DNA of 63,799 nt, the filler included, from Octopus bimaculoides (taxonomy: Eukaryota): NCBI RefSeq assembly GCF_001194135.2. It is 4 parts of 4 records of this genome, joined end to end, with 100 filler letters (N's around TTAATTAATTAA, not from the genome) between each part and the next. Parts side by side here need not be neighbours in the genome. Positions count along the whole stretch, not along the records: positions 46,328 to 62,594 come from NC_069001.1; positions 62,695 to 63,799 come from NW_026415401.1; 2 more parts are not named here. The stretch is one strand, 5' to 3'. Below are positions 52,523-63,799 of the stretch, one piece after another (the first letter of the stretch is position 1; every line of letters starts with the position of its first letter). Both the position numbers and the translations under genes were made by a program. Under the pieces are notes generated by a model. It was not told where the DNA came from. It was given only the letters and a program-made list of their open reading frames with translations, and did no database searches.

Positions 52523-53950
52523 AAGACACTATGTCCAGTTATATATGACAATACTGTGGCTGCAGTCGTATATGACAAAATCTTATGTTCAAGTATGTAT
52601 TACATGAAATTGATTGAGTCATACACATATTACATGATGTCATATTCAAGTACATATGACATGACAATGTCTTATTCATATATAAGATGTTATGTCTAAG
52701 TACATATGAAATAAGAGTTGTATTTCACTCATACATAACAAGAGGCTATGTTCAAGTATGTATGACATAATATTATATTACACTCATGCATAATATATCC
52801 AAGTATATATATGACATGACAGTCTTATATCTACATATATAGCAAGATTTTATGTCCAAGTATGTATAACACTGTGTTACAGTCATGAATGTATTACAAC
52901 ATGCTACGCCCAGTATGTATATGACACTGTTTTGTACATATATATAGCAAGGTATCGTGTCTAATTATGTATAACAATGTGTTACACTTGTACATATATC
53001 ACAAGATACTGGTTCCAAATATGTATGACATAACACTGTATTACTCTCATGTATAGCAATATGACTGAGCCTGTATGCCATGATGCTGTGTCTACATTTG
53101 TATAACATGATACTTTTACAGTCATACTTGTATTACAACATACTGTGTCCAGGTAGGTATGGCATGATGCTGTCTTACATAGCCAGATATATTCCTGGAT
53201 GTATGACATAATATTCATTACAAGTATGTCTTAGTAAGTATGCCATGATCATATGTAACAAGTTGTTTTGGCCTAGTATGTATTATAGTCATGTATAATA
53301 ACTCAATTCCCAGTATGTATGACATGATGCTATGCTAAAGTTATATATGAGATGGTACTAAATAATATCATGTATGGTGTGATATTATTTTAGAGTCATA
53401 AAGGAAATGATAGTGTGTTAAAGTCATATGGCATGATATGGTATGCTATGTGATACTATGTGAAAGTATATCACATTATACTATGTTGAAGTTACATATA
53501 GAACATAAAGTTATACATACTATGTTAAATACATGCATGACAGGGTAGTGTCTTAAAGTCTTGTATGACATTCTACTATGTTAAACTGTTAAATTCTTAT
53601 ATGATATGATACTATGTTAGTCATATATGATATAATATAGTAAAGACGTATGCGCATATATATATTTATGTGTGTGTGTAGGTGGGTGTTTGTGTGTATG
53701 TAAACAATGACTTGTTAAAAGTCGGATAGGGCATGGTACTTTACTAGTCATCTATGACATATAGTTGTTAAAGTCACATATGATATATGTTAGTCACATG
53801 TGGCATGATAATATAATAAAAACTTAACTATGATACTATGTTGAAGTCATATACAATCATGATCCTATGTTAAAAGTGATATATGACATGATACTACTGT
53901 GTTAAAAGATATGAATTAATATTATACTCTGTTAATGATTATGTGTGATA
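52350..53950. repeat. Degenerate tandem array (~54-bp period changing to ~28-bp)
   Basis: Anchor CAAGTATGTATGA-like motif at 52590, 52647, 52697, 52753, 52800 and 52857. TATGTTAAAGTCAT-like motif recurs after 53330. Confidence 0.7.
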
Positions 53951-54074
53951 TAACACTGTGTAAAATAAATGTTGACTCTTTATAATTTAATTTTTTTATT
54001 ACTTTGCAATAAAACCTTTCAAAAAACTTTTCAAAAAATAACAGATTTGTCTTGTTAATTATTTTTGTGTTCAG

Positions 54075-54141
54075 ATCTACCTTGGGTTATCTTTGCTCTT
54101 CGTCCTTCCAGGGTTGATATAAGCTGTTATACTCTCCTCAG
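54075..54141 (+). other. Candidate spliced exon (coding status unknown)
   Basis: Pyrimidine tract plus TTCAG acceptor, CAG|GTATGT donor, one open frame (LPWVIFALRPSRVDISCYTLL). I recognise no homology. Confidence 0.25.
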
Positions 54142-54399
54142 GTATGTGATACCTTTGGTTTATATTATATATCAATTTTTGTAGGGTATTAAAAGGAAAA
54201 CTGGTAATGTGTTCACAAAAAGCATCAAGTGCTTTATTTCTGCCTTTTGTAGGACAGTATTCACTTTTGTTTTTTACTATAGACTCATCTTCGCTGGTGT
54301 AGTTGTGAAGTGCTTCTGTAAGGCATGATTTTCAGCAGAAATCCATAGTGTTATGCTTAATTTCATTCGGGTTCAATATGCGAGGGGTTGGAGTAAACT

Positions 54400-54580
54400 T
54401 TAAACCACTTGCTAGAATTTTAGCTTGTCCAGCCTAGAACTGTAAAAGCCTGGCAATCTAGAGTCAATAAAATCTTCGAAGGCCTGTTTTACACCATTGT
54501 CGGAATTAAATTTTTTTTGTATCAAAAAGTTCTCCAAATTCTGGTAGAAGTGGTAGTCAAGAGAGAATCTGAGAAAGATA
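54400..54580 (-). mobile_element. Mariner transposase C-terminal relic (Hsmar1/cecropia-like)
   Basis: SLDYHFYQNLENFLIQKKFNSDNGVKQAFEDFIDSR..FYSSRLDKL matches the mariner pattern after YSPDL. Confidence 0.75.
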
Positions 54581-55149
54581 TGTACTGATATATACATATG
54601 GAAGATCTAGCTGCCAACTTTGCAATTGTGAGCTATACCAACCACCGAACTAGATGGCACTGCATAGTAGGAAAGAACCCAGCTTCTCCATCTTGAATAA
54701 CGACCCAGTACTGTAACAGCTTGGGTTTTAAGGGAGAACAACTGTTCAATAAACAACCTCAGGGATTTGCAAGATGTAGATGTGGATATGTTCGAGTAGC
54801 ATCTGTGCAAGTTTTTCAGATCCCAGATGAACCCTGATTGAGGAAGAAGAGCAGTTGCATCCACCTTGCTACTTCACCAGAAACTGTACAGAAAAGAAAC
54901 CCAGTCACACTAAAAGGCAGTGCTCCATCATGGCCTCGTTACAAGAGGAAGATGCAGGAATCTGGCGCTAAGGACCTATTTACCAATTTGTCAGGTGATA
55001 CCTGTGAGGGTGCTTGGCTGTTCCATCTGAACCTCACAATCACCCTTCATATATACACATATATATATATATATATATACCCATATATATACATATACAA
55101 TCATATATACCCAAAACACGAAAGGATGGATACGTTTTAACAACGTAAA

Positions 55150-55192
<43 letters not shown>

Positions 55193-55774
55193 TATATGCT
55201 GTGTGTAGCATCGTGTGGGTGTGAGAGAGGGAGGCTAGTTTATATTATATTAAAAAAAATTCAAGGCGGTGCTCCAGCATGGCCGCCGTCTAAATGAATG
55301 AAATAAATAAAAAAAAGAAAGGAACATAAAAAAAAACATACATTTCGTACGTATACCTGTGGCTAAAGACAGCTAGCTTTACTGATTGAGTGAGACAAGA
55401 TACGAATCGATGTCTAGGAGGATATATATAAATGAAGTCTATGAAAACCATTCGACAATCCAGAATCGACCCAACCTCTCTGATTGTATTCGTGAACGGC
55501 CGATGAGTTGACAAAGAATACAGTCATTATGTTGGCCAAGGTAAGAAATATGCACACCACCCGTTTTTGGCGTAACCCTAAACCTAAACGCAAAAACGGA
55601 TGATGTTTCGTATTGTTTACCTTCGCCATTGTGTTTTATGCTTTACTTGTTTCCACGTAGAGATTGCGACCATGCGGAAGCGTCGCCTTTTCATGGGTTT
55701 TAGACGAACAAATTGACTCAAGAGTTTTATTTTTTTTTTTGGTTAATGTTTACTGTAACACCCGGCCACCACAA

Positions 55775-55981
55775 TATTGGGTTGTCCGGAAGGTTTGTGC
55801 CGATTTTAATGGAAACAAAAAGGTCAATAAATGCCATTACATTTTTAATCAACCAAATATGGACCTCCATCTTTCCTTTAACTTGAAAATACCCTCTTCC
55901 CAGAATTGAGGTGGTTTCATGGCAAATAAGTCGAAAATTAAGCTACTATAAATCGGCACGAACTTTCCGGACAGCCCTATA
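55775..55981. mobile_element. Mariner-type MITE
   Basis: TATTGGGTTGTCCGGAAGGTTTGTGCCGATTT pairs with AAATCGGCACGAACTTTCCGGACAGCCCTATA; TA at both ends. Confidence 0.85.
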
Positions 55982-57769
55982 GAACAAAGCAAATGTAATC
56001 AATATTTTTAAAAAATGTGTATTAAGCGAATATGAAAACAAAACTTTGCGCCAACGAACCGAAGGCGAGAACTTTCAGACAATTCACAAGATCTGATTTT
56101 TACCGTCATAACTTTAGGAAAAAGGATATCTTTTAGTAAAATTTTATATAAATATTCGCAAGGGCCCGTTTTTTGTGTTTTATATTTTAGTANNNNNNNN
56201 NNNNNNNNNNNNNNNNNNNNNNNNNNNNNNNNNNNNNNNNNNNNNNNNNNNNNNNNNNNNNNNNNNNNNNNNNNNNNNNNNNNNNNNNNNNNNNNNNNNN
56301 NNNNNNNNNNNNNNNNNNNNNNNNTTTATTTTGGATATATTTCCCATTTTCCTAACATTTTCTTTTTACACGTAAGCGTCATTTTCTTGGAGAGAAGCGC
56401 CTCGTTTAATGCACATTTTTTTTTTTTGCACTTATCACACACGTTTTGTTCTGTTTTGGTGGCCGGGTGTTGAAGTAAACAATTACCCCCGCCCCCCTGT
56501 TTTGTTTTTTTGGATTTTCGTAGTTATTCTAACGGGCGCTTTTTACCGAACAGCTAATTTATGGGAATGTAAACAAATAACATACCAGTTGTCAGGCGGC
56601 TGTAGGACACACACGACTGTATATATATATATATATATACCTACTGACTTGGAAGCCTACTATGGATCCTGAGTTCCAGCCTCAGCTATGAACGTGGAAC
56701 CTAACGGATGACCAACTATAGCACTTACGCCGCGTACCTATTCGTAGCAGTGAACTAAATCTCTCATTTTATATATATATATATGTGTGTGTGTCGTCAT
56801 CTTCATCATCATCGTTTAACGTCCGCTTTCCATGCTGGCATGGGTTGGACGGTTTGACTGAGGGCTGGCGAGCCAGAAGGCTGCACCAGGCTCCAATCTG
56901 ATTTGGCAAATAAATGTATGTGTATGTCAGACCACTGGAGTTTAGATGCATATATGTATGTATATGTGTATTTGTGTGTGTGTAGTTTCAGTTTCATTTA
57001 GTCTCAGGAAAGGGGCGGTTGTCAACCATATGCACACCATACCCACCTCGCCCCTATCTGCCTCCCCACTGTCACCCCAGCTCCTCCCACCCCTCAACCA
57101 TTTCTCCCCTGCCTCACTTCAAAATTCCACTTCTCACTAAAACTCTCTACCTCATCCCTTCCTCTTCCCATTCCTCTGCAGCTCTCTTCAATAGGAAGGC
57201 AGAGGAGTCTCTACGTGGTAGCTAGATCTACTAGAAATAGCAGCCAAATCTTCCTCAAATCACACCTTACTCTCTTATCTATGTATATATGTATGAGCCA
57301 GTCAGAAGCTATGCGGTAAGACCCTATGCTTCTGATAGGACTCTATGGAAGAGGGGCCTAAGGATTCTACCCCCAGGATCCTTTTACGAATAGTGGGTGC
57401 AAGAGATGGATAGTAATCATGTAGAGAGACAAGGAAATAGCATTTATCTTATAAAAGGATTTTTTAAATTCAAAATTTTATTCAAAGACACAAAGAAACC
57501 CAGAATTTTTTCGTATAACCATCAGGATTCTCAGAACCCATTTCAAGAAACTCTGGCGTAGGTAACCATTTTCTGGGGTTTTGAATGTACCATGCACCTT
57601 CTAGAACGCATGGTGAATTTTGGAAATTTATTCTAGGAAAATGATGCCAAGAAATATAGCAATTGTCTTTAGAGTGTATATATTTACAAAATTGATAACT
57701 CCTCTACACAACATCGAGATAACAATTTCAAACATCAATATCTATGCCAAATTTCGTATCAATTTTTAT

Positions 57770-58070
57770 GTCATTTTTAGTTTATTTTTATATATTCTAT
57801 ATGCTCCGATGGATGTGTAATGTCAGTGTGCATACTCGACAGAGTGTAAGTGCCTTGAGAGAAAAGTTAGACATAAGAAGCATCAGTTGTGGTGTGCAAG
57901 AGAGACGATTGCACTGGCATGGACATGTGGCAAGAATGGATGAGGATAGCTGTGTGAAAAAGTGCCACAACCTAGCAGTTGAGGGAACCTGTGGAAGAGG
58001 TAGACCTGGGATGAGGTGGTGAAGCACGATCTTCGAACCTTAGGCCTCACCGAGGCAATGACCAATGACC
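57770..58070 (+). mobile_element. RTE-clade LINE 3' fragment
   Basis: ERRLHWHGHVARMDEDSCVKKC..EGTCGRGRP (RLRWxGHVxRM and GRGRP motifs). Confidence 0.85.
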
Positions 58071-58075
58071 GTGTT

Positions 58076-58252
58076 CATTGCACGTAAAAGCACCCACTAC
58101 ACTCTCGGAGTGGTTGGCGATAGGAAGGGCATCCAGCTGTAGAAACTCTGCCAGATCAGATTGGAGCCTGGTGCAGCCTTCTGACTTGCCAGTCCTCAGT
58201 CAAATCGTCCAATCCATGCTAGCATGGAAATGGACGTTAAACGATGATGATA
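58076..58252 (+). mobile_element. Family F repeat with (GAT)n tail
   Basis: Reverse complement of 30741-30920. Confidence 0.8.
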
Positions 58253-59734
58253 TATATTATCTACCTCAAGACTGAATTTCTTCAGTCCTTCCTTTATGAA
58301 GGATCTTAGTTTCTGTAGCTGTCTTTGCAAAGAACAACTATGTCAAAGAATAGTTATAGCCAGAATTTCAAGTATACATTGTAGTCTGCATCTACCTAAA
58401 TGCAATAAGGTTGTCATCACCATGGAAACTCACATAGCAAAGAAACATCATTTACAAGTGCTAATACATCACTGTCAGAAATATGAGACACTTTGGCTTT
58501 ATAATGTGCTGTAATATCCTTTTCTAAATGTTAATAGTGAAAATGGATATCACTTTGGAACACGACAAGACTAAATACTTCAAAACCTATTTGAGACAAT
58601 CCATTCAAACAACTGCATTGAAGTCTAACTTTCTTCTACAATTTGCTGTGGATTGTTGATTTATTCTGAGTGATTATGCTTCATTAGCAGCCAGCAAAAG
58701 AGACATATTTTCATTTATGAGATGCAGTCAGTAATTTTGTAACTGGATGAGAGCTTAGCCAGCCTTGCGTTCTTCCTTTATGGTTTACTGGTAGTCTGTG
58801 ATTCATGCAGGAACAATCATAAGATGCAATGATATACATCTGCCCTTTTCAGACATTCAGAATTATTCATTTCCTTTGTTTCAGTATATACTGACAACTC
58901 TTAGTATAGACAACTGGGTAGAATATCACTTGCTGAAAAGGTCATATAAGATCGAAATATATTTGCTATTTTCACACCTGCTTTTCAAGGTCAGATCCAC
59001 TCCAAGCTGCATCGTCTATAGTGTTCACAATATAAATTTTAGGTAGCCTTAGAAAGAAACTTTGGCTTCTGATTACTTGGATAAGCTCCGTTGATCAAAG
59101 CTATTAAAAATCATTATATCAAGTTTGTGAGACCACTGCGCACGGACTTGTACGTATCGTTTATCTTGTTTCAGTCATTATATTACGGTCATGTTGGAGC
59201 ACTGCCTGGAAGAATTTTCGTTGTGCGAATGGAACCCAGTACTTTTATCTTAAGTTTGGTACTTATTCTATCGGTCTCCTTTTGCTGAACTTTTATGCAA
59301 TGGGGACGTAAATACAGCAACACGGCGTGGACAAACACACACGTACACGCGCGTGTGTGTTCAACGAAATTCTTTCAGTTTCCATCTGTCAAACTCACTC
59401 ACAACGATGAGTGGTCCACCTGAACGGAATAGCCTTCTTGTGAAATTAAAACGCAAGTGGCTGAGCTCTTCACGCACATGCGTACCCCTAACTGTAACAA
59501 AGATAGCCCTTTTGAATTACTGGTATGACTCATTTTTGCCAGCGGAGTGGACTGCAGCAACGTGAAATTAAGTGTCCAGCTCAAGGACACAACAGGCTGC
59601 CGCTGGGAATCGAAGTCACGACCATACGATTGTGAGCCAAATACTCTAATACCTAAGCTAGGCGCCTTCACCTGACACACACACACGTTGATTTCAAATT
59701 TTAAATTTTTACCTTGTATGGGTAATTTCTTTTA

Positions 59735-60630
59735 CACATGCTAGGCCACTGGTAGTATAACTCTGTATAGTTTTTGCTACCCTTTTTATATATATACTCA
59801 AGTATTTAATATTAGCATTTCAAAGTTCGTTTCGGCATTTCTTTCATTTTCTGCCGACGGAAACTGCCTCGGTGCAGTGGATTATGGGAAAATTAGTATG
59901 TATATATTTGAGAAGACATGTGCTTATCGCTTCCTGTCTTGTAAATATACGTTAATTCCTTGACGGCTGGTTACTGAAGACGATTTGCCTAGTAAATTAC
60001 TTTATTTACTAGAAAAATCAGAAACCTACAAGTCTAACCGTTAGAAATAAAGTAAAAGTTTTTATTTTCTCTTCTCTTTGAAATGTTTTACTCTGTGGTT
60101 TTCGGTCGTTTTTGACTGCCTTCTAGCGTGTAGAAGTTACCTGTTATGGGTAATTTCTTTTATACTTTATATGGAATATGTTATCTATTGACTTTTTTTT
60201 TTACATGTTAGGCCACTGGTAGTATAACTCTGTATAGTTTTTGCTACCCTTTTATATATATATATACTCAAGTATTTAATATTAGCATTTCAAAGTTCGT
60301 TTCAGCATTCTTTCATTTTCTGCCGGCGGAAACTGCCTCCGCGCAGTGGATTATGGGAAAATTAGAATGTATATTTGAGAAGACATGTGCTTATGGCTTC
60401 TTGTCTTGTAAATATACGTTAATTCCTTGACGGCTGGTTACTGAAGCCGATTTGCTTAGTAAATTACTTTATTTACTAATGAAAAATTCGAAACCTATAG
60501 GTCTAACCGTTAGAAATAAGGTAAAAGTTTTTATTTTCTCTTCCATTTGAAATGTTTTACTTTCTGGTTTTCGGTCGTTTTTGACTGCCTTCTAGCGTGT
60601 AGAAGTTACTTGTTATGGGTAATTTCTCTT
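59735..60630. repeat. Tandem duplication with a ~467-bp period
   Basis: AGGCCACTGGTAGTATAAC at 59743 and 60210; collinear to about 60630 with scattered substitutions. Confidence 0.92.
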
Positions 60631-62594
60631 GTATTTTATGTATGTATGTGTGTGTCTCTCTCTATATATATATAAATGGACACAAATATGTATGTACACA
60701 CATACAAGTTAACAGTTGACGTACTTCTGGAGGGTGTAAGTAGGGCATGCACCAACATGTTGCGGTGGGTTAATTTCTTAATAGGATTAGAGAAGGATAG
60801 CGTATGATATCTATAAAAGACGATCTTGCATTACTCCAATTCATTCCTAAATACCCGTGTCTTATCTTTTACCAATGTAATGCTTGTAGTCTCACCTTTA
60901 CCTGTTGATCTTCGTATCTATTTCGATAACGCTTTGTTTTTAGATACGCAAAAAATGAATACTTTTTCTATTCTTTGTGTTAGAGTAATAGAAAAAAATG
61001 GTTTCAGGTCTCAATTTTTAGTTGTTAGACTGCGGCCATGCTGGGGCACTGCTTTGAAGAACTTTAATGGACCCCAGTAATTATTAATATTTATTTTATC
61101 GATGGGTTTCTTTTACTTTCAGTCTGCAAAATCCACTCACAAATCCTTGGTCACCCTGAGGTTTTAGTAGAATGCATTTGCCCAAGCTTCTGCGCAGTGG
61201 GACTGAACCCCGAAACGCAACTATCTTACACTCATTTCAAGCGTTTATCCATAATACATCCAAATTAAATGTAGTAAACAGCCGTTAGAAAGATGTTTGT
61301 GTGTATTTTGCATTTTCTAGTTAATTTGAGATCAACATACTTAATAGATTGGGGGTTAAAAAGTTAACCAGAAATAGTGATGAGAAATATTATTAACTAA
61401 TGATTGATATTGTTTTCTTTATTTAGGCAAGTACGGGAGTGAACCGGACTTGCTTCGGGCTCATTATGACCTTTTCAGCAAAGCATAGAAAATAAATAGC
61501 TGAATGACACAGAAGTTAAGTTAGCGTTATCTTTTAATGCTCCTTACCTTAAATTTGTTACATGTCTATACCAGATTTACATAGGAAATAGTTTGTGTTG
61601 TCGTTCGCTTCCGGTTGTATACGTTTAACCCTTTACTTGTCCTGTGTATTACATGTGGTTCACACTACATATTTCTCTAGTTTCCATGCAGTATATGTTA
61701 CACACATTCCAAATTTTGCATGTCCTGTGTGTCATGGGACACACAAAACTTATCTTCCTGACGTTCGTGCATTATGTAGGATACACTTAACCAATTTTTG
61801 TCAAACCGTCAGAGTAACTTGAGACTTATGAACAGAAAGTTTTGTGTTACTAAGAGCGTATGAAACAAGGGATAAATAACAGTATGAAGACAAGTGTGAA
61901 CGACTAGGACAAACGTCAGTTAAACTAGAAACGAGAATTTCCAAAGTTACGAAAACGACATCCACCTATTCATGTTACATTAATATAATAGAAAGAATAT
62001 ATATAAGGAGAAAGAAAAAGATAATAGAGAGGGGGAAGAGCGATTTGAGCAGAGAATTAAAAGTAACCAAAAACCCCCAGGAAAACACATTTGTCAATGT
62101 GGCTCTCTTTTAGATTTTAGCCAGGGTTGGTTTAAGTACCCATGATCTTCTATTTTTATTCTTTTTTCGGGGCTTTTGAGACTGATGAGAAGAGTGGAGG
62201 AATTTTTTTTCTAAATCCAGAGTCGTGTCTTATTGCTTGCAGCTAAGAGAACTCGGAAAAGTCATTCAATGACCAGAGAGTGATGTCAAAATCGAGTGAC
62301 TGATTAGGTATACCATACCTATGATAAAAACTGATGGAAGAGTCAAAGCTGGAATGTCTTTGATAAAAGGCTTTCTCTAATGATGGTTTCAAATTTTGGC
62401 GCAAGGCCAGCAAGTTTTGAAGCGGGAGTGAGTGAGTCGATTACATCGACCCCAGTGTTCAAAATGCCGGTAACGATTCTGCTAGCTCGCCGCCTTAAGA
62501 ACTAGAGTAATAATTCTTCGTACAATAGGCACAAGGCCTGATATTTTGGAGGAGGTGGATGTCGAATACATCGACCCCAGTGTTCAACTGGTAC

Positions 62595-62694
62595 NNNNNN
62601 NNNNNNNNNNNNNNNNNNNNNNNNNNNNNNNNNNNNNNTTAATTAATTAANNNNNNNNNNNNNNNNNNNNNNNNNNNNNNNNNNNNNNNNNNNN
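62595..62694. other. Assembly spacer N44-TTAATTAATTAA-N44
   Basis: Same layout as 25421-25520. Confidence 0.95.
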
Positions 62695-62778
62695 CAGAAA
62701 ACGACAAGAAGACTGGAGAAATTTAATCAATAAATATTACAGAACGAAAAAAACTACAGATATTGAAAACTATGAAAG

Positions 62779-62900
62779 TATATACATGTGTATGCGGATG
62801 TATGTATGTATGTATGTATGTATGTATGTATGTATGNNNNNNNNNNNNNNNNNNNNNNNNNNNNNNNNNNNNNNNNNNNNNNNNNNNNNNNNNNNNNNNN

Positions 62901-62935
<35 letters not shown>

Positions 62936-63030
62936 TAGATATATTTATTTATACGTATAAAGACATATATACGTGTGTATATATATAAGCATATAACTGT
63001 GAATATGCATGTATAATATATATAAATATA

Positions 63031-63075
<45 letters not shown>

Positions 63076-63087
63076 NNNNNNNNNNTA

Positions 63088-63131
<44 letters not shown>

Positions 63132-63350
63132 TATTTGAATACACACACACACATGTATATATACATACATACATACATACATACATATGCATATATGAAT
63201 ATTTATGTTGATATATATATATATAAATATTCATACATAGATATATAAATGACTCTATGAACGTATATGTACCTATAGATGAATATTTACGTATACATAT
63301 GTGTATTTATAGGAATATATATATCTATATCTATACGCACATATGTATGA

Positions 63351-63424
<74 letters not shown>

Positions 63425-63470
63425 ATATATATGAGAATATCTATCTATCTATGTATATATGTATGTTCAA
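62779..63470. repeat. Compound (TATG)n/(TA)n/(TG)n microsatellite field with gaps
   Basis: Directly visible. Confidence 0.95.
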
Positions 63471-63799
63471 CAACTCGGCTGATAGTCTGTGCTATAACTA
63501 TGCAAAATAAACAAATAGGGATAATGGATCAAATATACAACATCAAGGAAATATGAAATATTTACCACAAATTTTTGCAGAACATCTTGATGTTTCGATG
63601 ACTTTTCTACTCATCAGCCGGTCCTGAATTAAAGACGTTTACTGATTCAACATATATACCAGTTACTGACATCAAGTGAGGGTAGTGCATGAATCAACCA
63701 GGAGTGGACAAAGTAACGAATATGTCACTTCCTGTAACAGAGAGAAAAAAATACTGCGTTGGAAAGATAGTTTAAATTACTATAGAAAGATCAACGCGA

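Noticed and set aside
52350-53950. CRISPR-like repeat-spacer array
   Set aside because: Units are degenerate along their whole length with no unique spacers, and the context is eukaryotic.
58975-59095. Protein-like minus-strand frame STELIQVIRSQSFFLRLPKIYIVNTIDDAAWSGSDLEKQ
   Set aside because: Bounded by stops, acceptor placement is ambiguous, and I recognise no homology.
61870-61960. LGQTSVKLETRIS resembling a GIY-YIG motif
   Set aside because: Only one partial motif; the upstream tyrosine motif and the rest of the domain are not visible.

Overview
AT-rich, repeat-dominated animal genomic DNA from a gapped draft assembly. The SINE families and microsatellite density resemble octopus or another cephalopod, but that is an inference, not a database match. 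I find no intact protein-coding gene, rRNA, true tRNA or CRISPR array, and most ORFs in the track are artefacts of microsatellites or N-runs. Supported content: (1) at least eight decayed fragments of R4/Dong-clade non-LTR retrotransposons (RT plus restriction-like endonuclease), most with a microsatellite at one or both junctions; (2) three RTE-clade LINE remnants; (3) a Tc1-like transposase relic with DD37E spacing and two mariner relics; (4) MITEs with readable TIRs or TSDs (mariner-type, hAT-type, and GG-terminated Merlin-like); (5) many SINEs from several families; (6) long foldback palindromes, a degenerate ~54/~28-bp satellite and local duplications; (7) three N44-TTAATTAATTAA-N44 assembly spacers. 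A few promoter-like and exon-like signals are reported at low confidence. I found no evidence of a new multi-gene system. The best leads are microsatellite-specific R4 targeting, a DD37E/TRT-like element, telomere-like repeats at palindrome centres, and two degenerate hammerhead-like motifs. Boundaries of decayed elements are approximate.
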